A DNA stretch of 64,000 nucleotides from Centroscyllium fabricii (lineage: Eukaryota). Position 1 is the stretch's first letter, and every line of letters begins with the position of its first letter. The notes under the pieces were generated by a model that saw only the letters and a program-made list of their open reading frames with translations, was not told the origin of the DNA and did no database searches. Where the stretch lies: the NCBI GenBank assembly GCA_051313645.2, contig JBNRSN020000001.1, positions 603,198,001 through 603,262,000 of the forward strand, in the 5' to 3' direction. The position numbers were made by a program, and so were the translations under genes. Below, in pieces: positions 33,076-48,000 of the stretch.

Positions 33076-35970
33076 ATCGTACAGTAAATCAGAGATTGGG
33101 GAGACTATACCAAGGGACGGTGAATCTGAGATTGGGGAGACTATACCAATGGACGGTGAATCTGAGATAAGGGAGACTATACCAAGGGACGGTGAATCTG
33201 GGATTGGGAATACTATACTTGGGGATGGTGAATCTGAGTTTGGGAATACTATACCAAGGGACGGTGAATCTGAGTTTGGGAATACTATATCAAGGGATGA
33301 TGAATCTGAGAATAGGGATACTATACCAGTGACAGTGAATCTGAGATTGAGGTGGCTATACCCAAGGGCGGTGCATCTGGATTGGGAATACTATACCAAC
33401 TGACAGTGAATCAGAGTTTGGAAAGAATATATCAAGGGACGGTGAATATGAGATTGGGGACACTATACCAAGGGATGGTGAATCGGAGACTGGGGAGGCT
33501 ATACCAAGGGATGGTGAATCTGAGATTCAGACACTTACCAAGGGACGATGAATCTGAGATTAGGAATACTATACCCAGGGACGGTGAATTGGGAGATTGG
33601 GGAGACCATACCAAGGGACGGTGAATCAGAGTTTGGGAAGTCTTTACCAAGGGATGGAGAATCAGAGATTGGTGAGACTATACCAAGGGATGGAGAATCA
33701 GAGATTGGGGAAACTATACCAAGGGATGGAGAATCGGAGATTGGGGAGACTATGCCCAGGGAAGTATATCGGAGATTGCGGATTCTATACCAAGGGATGG
33801 TGAATCCTAGATTAAGGAGACTACACCAAGGGACGGTGTATCTGAGATTGAGGACATTATATCAAGGGAATGTGAATCGGAGACTCGGGAGACAATAGCA
33901 AGGGACGGTGAATCGGAGATTGGAATACTACACCAAGGGATGGTGAATCTGAGATTGGGAGACTACACCAAGGAACGATGAATCTGAGATTGGGGAGACT
34001 ATACCAAGGGACGATGAAACCGAGATTAGGAATATTATATAAACGGACAGCAAATCTGAGATTGGGGAGACTATACCTCGGGATGGTGTATCTGAGATTG
34101 CGAAGACTATACCAAGGGACGGTGAATCTGAGATTGTGGAGACTATAACCAGGGATGATGAATCTGAGATTGCCGAGACTATAACCAGGGATGGTGAATC
34201 GGAGATTGGGGAGACTATGGCAAGCGACAGTGAATTGGAGATTGGGGAGACTGTACCAAGGAATGGTGCATCTGAGATTGCAGAGACTATAACCAGGGAT
34301 GGTGAATCGGAGATTGGGGATACAATACCAAAGGGACGGTGAATCTGAAATTCAGGAGACTATACCAAGGGATGGTGAATCTGAGATTGGGGAGATTATA
34401 CCAAGGGACAGTGAATCCGAGGTTGGGAATACAATACCAAGGGACGGCGAATCTGAGATTGGGAATACTATACCCAGGGTCAGTGAATCGGAAGATTGGG
34501 AAGACCATACCAAGGGACGGAGATTCGGAAATTTGGGAGAATATACCAAGGGACAGTGAATCTGAGTTTGGAATACTATAACAAGGGATGGTGAATGAGA
34601 GATTGGGGACATGACACCAAGGGATAGTGAATCGGAGACTGGGGAGACTACAGCAAGGGACGGTGAAGCGGAGATGGGAGAGGCTATACCAAGGGATGGT
34701 GAATCCGAGATTCAGAGACTAAACCAAGGGAGGGTGAATCTGAGATTGGGCATACTTTTCCCAGGGACAGTGAATCAGGAGACCATACCAAGGTACGGTG
34801 AATCGGAGATTGGGGAGACTATACCAATGGATGGAGAATTGGAGATTGGGGAGACTATACCAAGGGACAGTGAATCCGAAATTGGGAATACTATAATAAG
34901 GTATGGTGAATCTGAGATTCGGGAGACTATACCCAGGGAAGTATATTGGAGATTGCGGATTCTATACCAAGGGATGGCGAATCCTAGATTCAGGAGACTA
35001 TACCAAGGGACAGTGTATCTAAGATAGGGAATACTATACCAAGGGATGGTGAATACGAGATGGAGAATACTGCACCAAGGGATGCTGATTCTGAGATTGG
35101 GAATACTATATCAAGGGACGATGAATCTGAGATTGGGAATAGTATACCAAGGGATGGTAAATCTGAGATTGGGGAGACGATACCAAGGGATGGATAATCG
35201 GAGATTGGGAATATTATATCAAGGGACGATGAATCTGAGATTGGGAATACTATACCAAGGGATGGTAAATCTGAGATTGGGGAGACTATACCAAGGGATG
35301 GATAATCGGAGATTGGGAATACTATATCAAGGGACGATGAATCTGAAATTGGGCAGATTATACCAAGGGATGGTGAATCAGAAATTGGGGAGACTATACC
35401 CAGGGACGGTGAATTGGGGAGACTAAACCAAGGGATTGTGAATCCAAAATTCAGGAGAGTAAACCAAGGGACGGTGAATCCGAAATTCAGGACACTATAC
35501 CAAGGGTCGCTGAATCCGAGAGAGGGAATATTATACCAAGTGATGATGAATCGGAGATTGCGTAGACTATATCAAGGGACAGTGAATCGGAGATTGAGAA
35601 TACTGCACCAAGGGATGGCGAATCTGAGATTGGGGAGACTATACCAAGGGACAGTGAATCCGAGTTTGGGAAGACTATACCAAGGGACGGTGAATCTGAG
35701 ATTCAGTAGACTATACCAAGGGATGGTGAATCTGAGATTGGGAATACTATATCAAGGGACGATGAATCGGACATTGGAATACTATATCAAGGGATTGTGA
35801 ACCGGAGATTGTGGATACAGTACTATAGCAATGTACGGTGAATATGAGATTGGGGAGACTATAGCAAGGGACGGTGAATCCGAGACTCAGGAGACTATAC
35901 CAAGGGACGGTGAATCTGAGATTGGGGAGACTACCAAATGACAGTCAAACCGAGATTGGCAATAATATAC

Positions 35971-36339
35971 GACACGGTGGCGCAGTGGTTAGCACTGCTG
36001 CCTCGCAATAAGGAGCTCCTGGGTTCGAATCCTGCTTAGCCCGGGACCTCTCTGCGTGGAGTTTGCATGCTCTCCCCGTGTTCGTGTGGGTTTCCTCCGG
36101 GTACTCCGGTTTCCTCCCACCACCCAAACACATGCAGGTTAGGTGAATTGGAAATACTAAAAATTGCCCATGAGTATGTGTGTGAGATATAGTTCTTAGA
36201 GTGGGGGGTGTCGGGGGATATGGGGAGAGGGTAGGAGGGGGTTGCTGGGTTTGGATGATCAGCCATGATCTCATCAAAATGGCGGAGCAGGCTCGAAGAT
36301 CCGAATGGCCTACTCCTGCTCCTATCTTCTGTTTCTGTG
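35971..36339 (+). mobile_element. V-SINE, second subfamily, inserted in the satellite
   Basis: gacacggtggcgcagtggttagc...gggttcgaatcc head, V-domain, CR1-like tail; TSD TATAC at 35966-35970 and 36340-36344. Confidence 0.9.
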
Positions 36340-39300
36340 TATACCAAGAGACGGTGAATCTGAGATTGGGTTGACTACACCCAGGGACAGTGAATCGGAG
36401 ATTGGGGATACTTTCCCAAGGAATGGTGAATCTGATATTGGGGAGGCTATACCCAGGGATGGTGAATCGGAGATTGGGGAAACTATAACAAGGGACGGTG
36501 AATCTGGATTGGGGAGACTATTCCAAGAGACGGTGAATTCGAGTTTTGGAAGACTATACCAAGGGTCTCAGAATCAGAGATTGGGGAGACTATACCAAGT
36601 AACGGTGAATCTGAGATTGGGGAGAGAAACTCAAGGGACAGTGATTCGGAGATTGGGGATACCATACCAAGGGATGGTGAATCTGAGATTGGGGATAGTA
36701 TACCAAGGGATGGTGAATCGGAGATTGGTGATAGTTAACCAAGCGATGGTGAACCTGAGGTTGCGGATAAAGTACCAAGGGATGGGGAATCGGAGATTGG
36801 GAACACCATACCAAGGGACGGTGAATCTGAGATTGGAGATAATATATAAAGGGATGGTGAATCTGAGACTGGGGAGATTATAACAAGGGACAGTGAATCT
36901 GAGACTGGGGAGACTGTACCCAGGGATGGTGAATCGGAGATTAGGGATACAATACCAAGAGATGGTGAATTGGAGATTGGGGAGACTAAACCAAGGGATT
37001 GCGAATCCAAAATTCAGGAGTCTATACCAAGGGTCAGTGAATCTGAGGTAGGGAATATTATACCCAGTGACGGTGAATAGGAGATTGGGGACACTATACC
37101 AATGGATGGTGAATCGGCGATTACAGCAAGGGACGGTGAATCGGAGAGTGCATAGACTATGTCAAGCGACGGTAAATCAGAGATTGGGAATACTACACCA
37201 AGGGTTGGTGAATCTGAGATTGGGAATAATATATCAAGGGACGATGAATCTGAGATTGGAATACTATATCAAAGCATTGTGAATCGGAGATTGGGGATAC
37301 CAAGGGACGGTGAATATAACATTGGGGACACTATACCAAGGGACGATGAATCTGAGATTGGGGAGGCTATACCCAGGGACGGTAATTCGGAGATTGGGGA
37401 AACTATACCAAGGGACGGTGACTCGGAGATAGGGAATATTATACCAAGTGACGGTAAATATGAGATTGGGGACACTATACCAAGGGATGGTGAATCGAAG
37501 ATTGGGGTGATTACAGCAAGGGACGATGAATCGGAGATTGCGTAGACGATATCAAGGGACGGTGAATCGGAGATTGAGAATACGGCACCAAGCGATGGTA
37601 AATCTGAGATTGGGGCTACTATACCAAGGGACGGTGAATCGGAGAGACTATAACAAGGGACGGTGAATCCGAGATTCAGGAGACTATACCAAGGGACGGT
37701 GAATCTGAGATTGGGGAGACTTCCAAGGGACGGTGAATCTGAGATTGGGGAGACTTCCAAGGGACAGTGAAACCGAGATTGGCCATAATATACCAAGGGA
37801 CGGTGAATCTGAAATTGGGGAGACTATAGCAAAGGACTGTGAATCTGAGATTGGGGAGACTATACCCAGGGACGGTGAATCTGAGATTAGGGACATTATG
37901 CCAAGGGAAGGAGAATCTGAGATATAAGAGGCTATACCCAGGGATGGTGAATCGGAGATTGGGGAGACTATACCAAGGGACGGTGAATCTGAGATTGGGC
38001 AGACTATGTCAAGGGATGGTGAATCTGAGATTGGGGAGACTATACAAAGGAATGGTGAATCGGAGATCAGGATACTATACCAAGGGACGGTGAATCTGAG
38101 ATCGGGCAGACTACACCAAGGGATGGTGAATCCGAGTTTGGGAAGACTAACCCAGCGAATCGGAGAATGGGGAGACTATACCAAGTAACGGTGAATCTGT
38201 GATTGGGGCGAGAAACACAAGGGATTGTGATTCAGAGACTGGGGAGACTATACCCAGGGATGGTGAATCAGAGATTAGGGACACAATACCAAGAGATGGT
38301 GAATCGGAGATTGGGAGACAAAACCAAGGAATTGTGAATCCAAAAATTCAGGAGAGTAAACCAAGGGTCGGTGAATCCGAAATTCAGGAGACTATACCAA
38401 GGGACGGTGAATCTGAGATTGGGGAGTCTATACCAAGGGTCGGTGAATCGGAGATTGGGGAGACTGTACCAAGGGACGGTGAATGAAATTGGGGACACTA
38501 TACCAAGGGATGGTGAATCGGAATTTGGGGCGATTACAGCAAGGGACGGTGAATCGGAGATTGCGTAGACTATATCAAGGGACAGTGAATCGGAGAATGA
38601 TAATACTACACCAAGGGATGGTGAATCTGAGATTGGGAATTCTTTATCAAGGGACAATGAATCTGAGATTGGAATACTATATCAAGGTATTGTGATTCGG
38701 AGATTGGGAATACTATATCAAGGGACAATGTATCTGAGATTAGGAATACTATATCAAGGGACGGTGAATCGGAGATTCAGGAGACTATAACAAGGGACGG
38801 TGAATCTGAGACTCAGGAGACTATAACAAGGGACGGTGAATCTGAGACTCAGGAGACTATAACAAGGGACGGTGAATCTGTGATTGCGTAGACTACACCC
38901 AGGGACGGTGAATCTGAGACTCAGGAGACTATAACAAGGGACGGTGAATCTGTGATTGCGTAGACTACACCCAGGGACAGTGAATCGGAGATTGGGGATA
39001 CTATACCAAGGGATGGTGAATCTGATATTGGGGAGGCTATACCCAGGGACGTTTAATCGGAGATTGGGGAAACTATAACAAGGGACGGTGAATCTGGATT
39101 GGGATGACTATTCCAAGAGATGGTGAATCTGAGTTTTGGAAGACTATACCAAGGGTCTGATAATCGAGATTGGGGAGACCATATCAAGTAACGGTGAATC
39201 TGAGATTGGGGAGAGAAACTCAAGGGTCTGTGATTCGGAGATTGGGGATACTGTACCAAGGGATGGTGAATCTGAGATTGGGGATAGTATACCAAGGGAT

Positions 39301-41642
39301 GGTGTATCTGAGACTGGGGAGACTATACCCAGGAACAGTGAATCAGAGATTAGGGATACAATACCAAGGGATGGTGAATCGGAGATTGGGGAGACTAAAA
39401 CAAGAGATTGTGAATCCAAAATTCAGGAGACTAAACGAAGGGACGGTGAACACGAAAGCCAGGAGACTATACCAAGGGATGGTGAATCTGAGATTGGGGA
39501 GTCTATACCAAGGGATGGTCAATCGAAGATTGGGGGGACTATACCAAGGGTCAGAGATAGGGAATATTATACCAAGTGACGGTGAATATGAGATTGGGGA
39601 CACTATACCAAGGGATGGTGAATCGGAGATTGGGGCGATTACAGCAAGGGACGGTGAATCATAGATTGCGTAGACTATACCAAGGGCCGGTGAATCGGAG
39701 ATTGGGGAATGTAAAGCAAGGGACGGTGAATCTGAAATTGGTGCGAGAAACACAAGGGGTGGTGAATCTGAAATTGGGGACACTATACTAAGGGACGATG
39801 AATCTGAAATTGGGCAGATTATACCAAGGGACGGTGAATCGGAGATTGGGGAGACTATACCCAGGGACGGTGAATCGGAGATTAGGGATACAATACCAAG
39901 GGATGGTGAATCGGAGATTGGGGAGACTAAAGCAAGGGATTGTGAATCCAAAATTCAGGAGAGTAAACCAAGGGACGGTGAATCCAAAATTCAGGAGACT
40001 ATACCACGGGACGGTGAATCGGAGATTGGGAAGTCTATACCAAGGGTCGGTGAATCGGAGATTGGGGTGACTATACCAAGGGACGGTGAATCTGAGATAG
40101 GGAATATTATACCAAATGACGGTGAATCTGAGATTGGGGACACTATACCAAGGGATGGTGAATCGGAGATTGGGGCGATTACAAGGGATGGTGAATCGGA
40201 GATTGCGTAGACTATACCAAGGGACGGTGAATCGGAGATTGGGAATACTACACCAAGGAATGGTGAATCAGATTGGGAATACCATATCAAAGGACAATGA
40301 ATCTGAGATTGGGAATACTACACCAAGGGATGTTGAATCTGAGATTGGGAATACTATTAGAAGGGACGGTGAATATGAGATTGGGGACACTATACCAAGG
40401 GATGGTAAATCAGAGATTGGGGCGAGTACAGCAAGGCACGGTTAATCGGAGATCACGTAGACTATATCAAGGGACGGTGAATCGGAGATTGAGAATACTA
40501 CACCAAGGGATGGTGAATCTGAGATTGGGAATACTATATCAAGGGACGATGAATCTGAGATTGGGATTACTACACCAAGGGATGGTGAATCTGAGATTGG
40601 GAATACTATTAAAAGGGACGATGAATCTGACATTGGAATACTATATCAAGTGATTGTGAATCGGAGATTGGGGATACTATACCAAGGGACGGTGAATATG
40701 AGACTGGGGAGACTATACCAAGGGACGGTCAATCTGAGATTGGGGAGACTACCAAGGGACAGTCAAACTGAGATTGGCAATAATATACCAAGGGACGGTG
40801 AATCAGAGATTTGGGAAACTAAACCAAGGGACGGTGGATCTGAGATTGGGGATACTATACCAAGGGACGATTAATCTGAAATTTGGCAGATTATACCAAG
40901 GAACGGTGAATCGGAGATTGGGGAGACTATACCCAGGGACGGTGAATCGGAGATTAGGGATATAATACCAAGGGATGGTGAATCGGAGATTGGGGAGACT
41001 TAAACAAGAGATTGTGAATCCAAAATTCAGGAGACTAAACGAAGGGACGGTGAACACGAAAGCCAGGAGACTATACCAAGGGATGGTGAATCTGAGATTG
41101 GGGAGTCTATACCAAGGGATGGTCAATCGAAGATTGGGGGGACTATACCAAGGGTCGGAGATAGGGAATATTATACCAAGTGACGGTGAATATGAGATTG
41201 GGGACACTATACCAAGGGATGGTGAATCGGAGATTGGGGCGATTACAGCAAGGGACGGTGAATCATAGATTGCGTAGACTATACCAAGGGCCGGTGAATC
41301 GGAGATTGGGGAATCTAAAGCAAGGGACGGTGAATCTGAGATTGGTGCGAGAAACACAAGGGGTGGTGAATCTGAAATTGGGGACACTATACTAAGGGAC
41401 GATGAATCTGAAATTGGGCAGACTATACCCAGGGACGGTGAATCGGAGATTAGGGATACAATACCAAGGGATGGTGAATCAGAGATTGGGGAGACTAAAG
41501 CAAGGGATTGTGAATCCAAAATTCAGGAGAGTAAACCAAGGGACGGTGAATCCAAAATTCAGGGGACTATACCACGGGACGGTGAATCTGAGATTGGGGA
41601 GACTACCAAATGACAGTCAAACCGAGATTGGCAATAATATAC

Positions 41643-42011
41643 GACACGGTGGCGCAGTGGTTAGCACTGCTGCCTCGCAATAAGGAGCTCCTGGGTTCGA
41701 ATCCTGCTTAGCCCGGGACCTCTCTGCGTGGAGTTTGCATGCTCTCCCCGTGTTCGTGTGGGTTTCCTCCGGGTACTCCGGTTTCCTCCCACCACCCAAA
41801 CACATGCAGGTTAGGTGAATTGGAAATACTAAAAATTGCCCATGAGTATGTGTGTGAGATATAGTTCTTAGAGTGGGGGGTGTCGGGGGATATGGGGAGA
41901 GGGTAGGAGGGGGTTGCTGGGTTTGGATGATCAGCCATGATCTCATCAAAATGGCGGAGCAGGCTCGAAGATCCGAATGGCCTACTCCTGCTCCTATCTT
42001 CTGTTTCTGTG
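41643..42011 (+). mobile_element. Duplicate of the V-SINE at 35971-36339, copied with the 5672-bp block
   Basis: Same sequence, flanks and TSD at offset +5672. Confidence 0.9.
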
Positions 42012-45000
42012 TATACCAAGAGACGGTGAATCTGAGATTGGGTTGACTACACCCAGGGACAGTGAATCGGAGATTGGGGATACTTTCCCAAGGAATGGTG
42101 AATCTGATATTGGGGAGGCTATACCCAGGGATGGTGAATCGGAGATTGGGGAAACTATAACAAGGGACGGTGAATCTGGATTGGGGAGACTATTCCAAGA
42201 GACGGTGAATTCGAGTTTTGGAAGACTATACCAAGGGTCTCAGAATCAGAGATTGGGGAGACTATACCAAGTAACGGTGAATCTGAGATTGGGGAGAGAA
42301 ACTCAAGGGACAGTGATTCGGAGATTGGGGATACCATACCAAGGGATGGTGAATCTGAGATTGGGGATAGTATACCAAGGGATGGTGAATCGGAGATTGG
42401 TGATAGTTAACCAAGCGATGGTGAACCTGAGGTTGCGGATAAAGTACCAAGGGATGGGGAATCGGAGATTGGGAACACCATACCAAGGGACGGTGAATCT
42501 GAGATTGGAGATAATATATAAAGGGATGGTGAATCTGAGACTGGGGAGATTATAACAAGGGACAGTGAATCTGAGACTGGGGAGACTGTACCCAGGGATG
42601 GTGAATCGGAGATTAGGGATACAATACCAAGAGATGGTGAATTGGAGATTGGGGAGACTAAACCAAGGGATTGCGAATCCAAAATTCAGGAGTCTATACC
42701 AAGGGTCAGTGAATCTGAGGTAGGGAATATTATACCCAGTGACGGTGAATAGGAGATTGGGGACACTATACCAATGGATGGTGAATCGGCGATTACAGCA
42801 AGGGACGGTGAATCGGAGAGTGCATAGACTATGTCAAGCGACGGTAAATCAGAGATTGGGAATACTACACCAAGGGTTGGTGAATCTGAGATTGGGAATA
42901 ATATATCAAGGGACGATGAATCTGAGATTGGAATACTATATCAAAGCATTGTGAATCGGAGATTGGGGATACCAAGGGACGGTGAATATAACATTGGGGA
43001 CACTATACCAAGGGACGATGAATCTGAGATTGGGGAGGCTATACCCAGGGACGGTAATTCGGAGATTGGGGAAACTATACCAAGGGACGGTGACTCGGAG
43101 ATAGGGAATATTATACCAAGTGACGGTAAATATGAGATTGGGGACACTATACCAAGGGATGGTGAATCGAAGATTGGGGTGATTACAGCAAGGGACGATG
43201 AATCGGAGATTGCGTAGACGATATCAAGGGACGGTGAATCGGAGATTGAGAATACGGCACCAAGCGATGGTAAATCTGAGATTGGGGCTACTATACCAAG
43301 GGACGGTGAATCGGAGAGACTATAACAAGGGACGGTGAATCCGAGATTCAGGAGACTATACCAAGGGACGGTGAATCTGAGATTGGGGAGACTTCCAAGG
43401 GACGGTGAATCTGAGATTGGGGAGACTTCCAAGGGACAGTGAAACCGAGATTGGCCATAATATACCAAGGGACGGTGAATCTGAAATTGGGGAGACTATA
43501 GCAAAGGACTGTGAATCTGAGATTGGGGAGACTATACCCAGGGACGGTGAATCTGAGATTAGGGACATTATGCCAAGGGAAGGAGAATCTGAGATATAAG
43601 AGGCTATACCCAGGGATGGTGAATCGGAGATTGGGGAGACTATACCAAGGGACGGTGAATCTGAGATTGGGCAGACTATGTCAAGGGATGGTGAATCTGA
43701 GATTGGGGAGACTATACAAAGGAATGGTGAATCGGAGATCAGGATACTATACCAAGGGACGGTGAATCTGAGATCGGGCAGACTACACCAAGGGATGGTG
43801 AATCCGAGTTTGGGAAGACTAACCCAGCGAATCGGAGAATGGGGAGACTATACCAAGTAACGGTGAATCTGTGATTGGGGCGAGAAACACAAGGGATTGT
43901 GATTCAGAGACTGGGGAGACTATACCCAGGGATGGTGAATCAGAGATTAGGGACACAATACCAAGAGATGGTGAATCGGAGATTGGGAGACAAAACCAAG
44001 GAATTGTGAATCCAAAAATTCAGGAGAGTAAACCAAGGGTCGGTGAATCCGAAATTCAGGAGACTATACCAAGGGACGGTGAATCTGAGATTGGGGAGTC
44101 TATACCAAGGGTCGGTGAATCGGAGATTGGGGAGACTGTACCAAGGGACGGTGAATGAAATTGGGGACACTATACCAAGGGATGGTGAATCGGAATTTGG
44201 GGCGATTACAGCAAGGGACGGTGAATCGGAGATTGCGTAGACTATATCAAGGGACAGTGAATCGGAGAATGATAATACTACACCAAGGGATGGTGAATCT
44301 GAGATTGGGAATTCTTTATCAAGGGACAATGAATCTGAGATTGGAATACTATATCAAGGTATTGTGATTCGGAGATTGGGAATACTATATCAAGGGACAA
44401 TGTATCTGAGATTAGGAATACTATATCAAGGGACGGTGAATCGGAGATTCAGGAGACTATAACAAGGGACGGTGAATCTGAGACTCAGGAGACTATAACA
44501 AGGGACGGTGAATCTGAGACTCAGGAGACTATAACAAGGGACGGTGAATCTGTGATTGCGTAGACTACACCCAGGGACGGTGAATCTGAGACTCAGGAGA
44601 CTATAACAAGGGACGGTGAATCTGTGATTGCGTAGACTACACCCAGGGACAGTGAATCGGAGATTGGGGATACTATACCAAGGGATGGTGAATCTGATAT
44701 TGGGGAGGCTATACCCAGGGACGTTTAATCGGAGATTGGGGAAACTATAACAAGGGACGGTGAATCTGGATTGGGATGACTATTCCAAGAGATGGTGAAT
44801 CTGAGTTTTGGAAGACTATACCAAGGGTCTGATAATCGAGATTGGGGAGACCATATCAAGTAACGGTGAATCTGAGATTGGGGAGAGAAACTCAAGGGTC
44901 TGTGATTCGGAGATTGGGGATACTGTACCAAGGGATGGTGAATCTGAGATTGGGGATAGTATACCAAGGGATGGTGTATCTGAGACTGGGGAGACTATAC

Positions 45001-48000
45001 CCAGGAACAGTGAATCAGAGATTAGGGATACAATACCAAGGGATGGTGAATCGGAGATTGGGGAGACTAAAACAAGAGATTGTGAATCCAAAATTCAGGA
45101 GACTAAACGAAGGGACGGTGAACACGAAAGCCAGGAGACTATACCAAGGGATGGTGAATCTGAGATTGGGGAGTCTATACCAAGGGATGGTCAATCGAAG
45201 ATTGGGGGGACTATACCAAGGGTCAGAGATAGGGAATATTATACCAAGTGACGGTGAATATGAGATTGGGGACACTATACCAAGGGATGGTGAATCGGAG
45301 ATTGGGGCGATTACAGCAAGGGACGGTGAATCATAGATTGCGTAGACTATACCAAGGGCCGGTGAATCGGAGATTGGGGAATGTAAAGCAAGGGACGGTG
45401 AATCTGAAATTGGTGCGAGAAACACAAGGGGTGGTGAATCTGAAATTGGGGACACTATACTAAGGGACGATGAATCTGAAATTGGGCAGATTATACCAAG
45501 GGACGGTGAATCGGAGATTGGGGAGACTATACCCAGGGACGGTGAATCGGAGATTAGGGATACAATACCAAGGGATGGTGAATCGGAGATTGGGGAGACT
45601 AAAGCAAGGGATTGTGAATCCAAAATTCAGGAGAGTAAACCAAGGGACGGTGAATCCAAAATTCAGGAGACTATACCACGGGACGGTGAATCGGAGATTG
45701 GGAAGTCTATACCAAGGGTCGGTGAATCGGAGATTGGGGTGACTATACCAAGGGACGGTGAATCTGAGATAGGGAATATTATACCAAATGACGGTGAATC
45801 TGAGATTGGGGACACTATACCAAGGGATGGTGAATCGGAGATTGGGGCGATTACAAGGGATGGTGAATCGGAGATTGCGTAGACTATACCAAGGGACGGT
45901 GAATCGGAGATTGGGAATACTACACCAAGGAATGGTGAATCAGATTGGGAATACCATATCAAAGGACAATGAATCTGAGATTGGGAATACTACACCAAGG
46001 GATGTTGAATCTGAGATTGGGAATACTATTAGAATGGACGGTGAATATGAGATTGGGGACACTATACCAAGGGATGGTAAATCAGAGATTGGGGCGAGTA
46101 CAGCAAGGCACGGTTAATCGGAGATCACGTAGACTATATCAAGGGACGGTGAATCGGAGATTGAGAATACTACACCAAGGGATGGTGAATCTGAGATTGG
46201 GAATACTATATCAAGGGACGATGAATCTGAGATTGGGATTACTACACCAAGGGATGGTGAATCTGAGATTGGGAATACTATTAAAAGGGACGATGAATCT
46301 GACATTGGAATACTATATCAAGTGATTGTGAATCGGAGATTGGGGATACTATACCAAGGGACGGTGAATATGAGACTGGGGAGACTATACCAAGGGACGG
46401 TCAATCTGAGATTGGGGAGACTACCAAGGGACAGTCAAACTGAGATTGGCAATAATATACCAAGGGACGGTGAATCAGAGATTTGGGAAACTAAACCAAG
46501 GGACGGTGGATCTGAGATTGGGGATACTATACCAAGGGACGATTAATCTGAAATTTGGCAGATTATACCAAGGAACGGTGAATCGGAGATTGGGGAGACT
46601 ATACCCAGGGACGGTGAATCGGAGATTAGGGATATAATACCAAGGGATGGTGAATCGGAGATTGGGGAGACTTAAACAAGAGATTGTGAATCCAAAATTC
46701 AGGAGACTAAACGAAGGGACGGTGAACACGAAAGCCAGGAGACTATACCAAGGGATGGTGAATCTGAGATTGGGGAGTCTATACCAAGGGATGGTCAATC
46801 GAAGATTGGGGGGACTATACCAAGGGTCGGAGATAGGGAATATTATACCAAGTGACGGTGAATATGAGATTGGGGACACTATACCAAGGGATGGTGAATC
46901 GGAGATTGGGGCGATTACAGCAAGGGACGGTGAATCATAGATTGCGTAGACTATACCAAGGGCCGGTGAATCGGAGATTGGGGAATCTAAAGCAAGGGAC
47001 GGTGAATCTGAGATTGGTGCGAGAAACACAAGGGGTGGTGAATCTGAAATTGGGGACACTATACTAAGGGACGATGAATCTGAAATTGGGCAGACTATAC
47101 CCAGGGACGGTGAATCGGAGATTAGGGATACAATACCAAGGGATGGTGAATCAGAGATTGGGGAGACTAAAGCAAGGGATTGTGAATCCAAAATTCAGGA
47201 GAGTAAACCAAGGGACGGTGAATCCAAAATTCAGGGGACTATACCACGGGACGGTGAATCTGAGATTGGGAAGTCTATACCAAGGGTCGGTGAATCGGAG
47301 ATTGGGGTGACTATACCAAGGGACGGTGAATCTGAGATAGGGAATATTATTCCAAATGACGGTGAATCTGAGATTGGGGACACTATACCAAGGGATGGTG
47401 AATCGGAGATTGCGTAGACTATACCAAGGGACGGTGAATCGGAGATTGGGAATACTACACCAAGGAATGGTGAATCAGATTGGGAATACCATATCAAAGG
47501 ACAATGAATCTGAGATTGGGAATACTACACCAAGGGATGGTGAATCTGAGATTGGGAATACTATTAGAAGGGACGGTGAATATGAGATTGGGGACACTAT
47601 ACCAAGGGACGGTGAATCTGAGATTGGGGATACTATATCAAGGGATGGTGAATCGGAGATTGGGCATAGTATATCAAGTGATTGTGAATCCAAAATTCAG
47701 GAGACCAAACGAAGGGTCGGTGAATCTGAGATTGGCCATAATATACCAAGGGACGGTGAATCTGAAATTGGGGAGACTATAGCAAAGGACTGTGAATCTG
47801 AGATTGGGGAGACTATACCCAGGGAAGGTGAATCTGAGATTAGGGACATTATGCCAAGGGATGGAGAATCTGAGATTTAAGAGGCTATTCCCAGGGATGA
47901 GGAATCAGAGATTGGGGAGACTATACCAAGGGACGGTGAATCTGAGATTAGGGAGACGATACCAAGGGACAGTGAATCTGAGATTCAGGAGACTATACCA

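Larger units (their letters stand above)
35904..47270. repeat. Tandem 5672-bp block duplication within the satellite (35904-41598 and 41576-47270)
   Basis: Dozens of ORFs recur at exactly +5672 (35945/41617, 39136/44808, 41402/47074). The only translated difference I noticed is IRRDG vs IRMDG. Confidence 0.93.

Noticed and set aside
29708-33080. A further upstream SHPRH exon
   Set aside because: I found no minus-strand segment encoding the expected ...LWRSAKKDVIDQ-like peptide with splice sites. This was a manual read, so a diverged exon could have been missed.
33081-33200. Satellite unit derived from CR1 sequence (GAGATTG...AGACT resembles CR1 ERLSRLGLY codons)
   Set aside because: The similarity is too short to distinguish from chance without alignment statistics.
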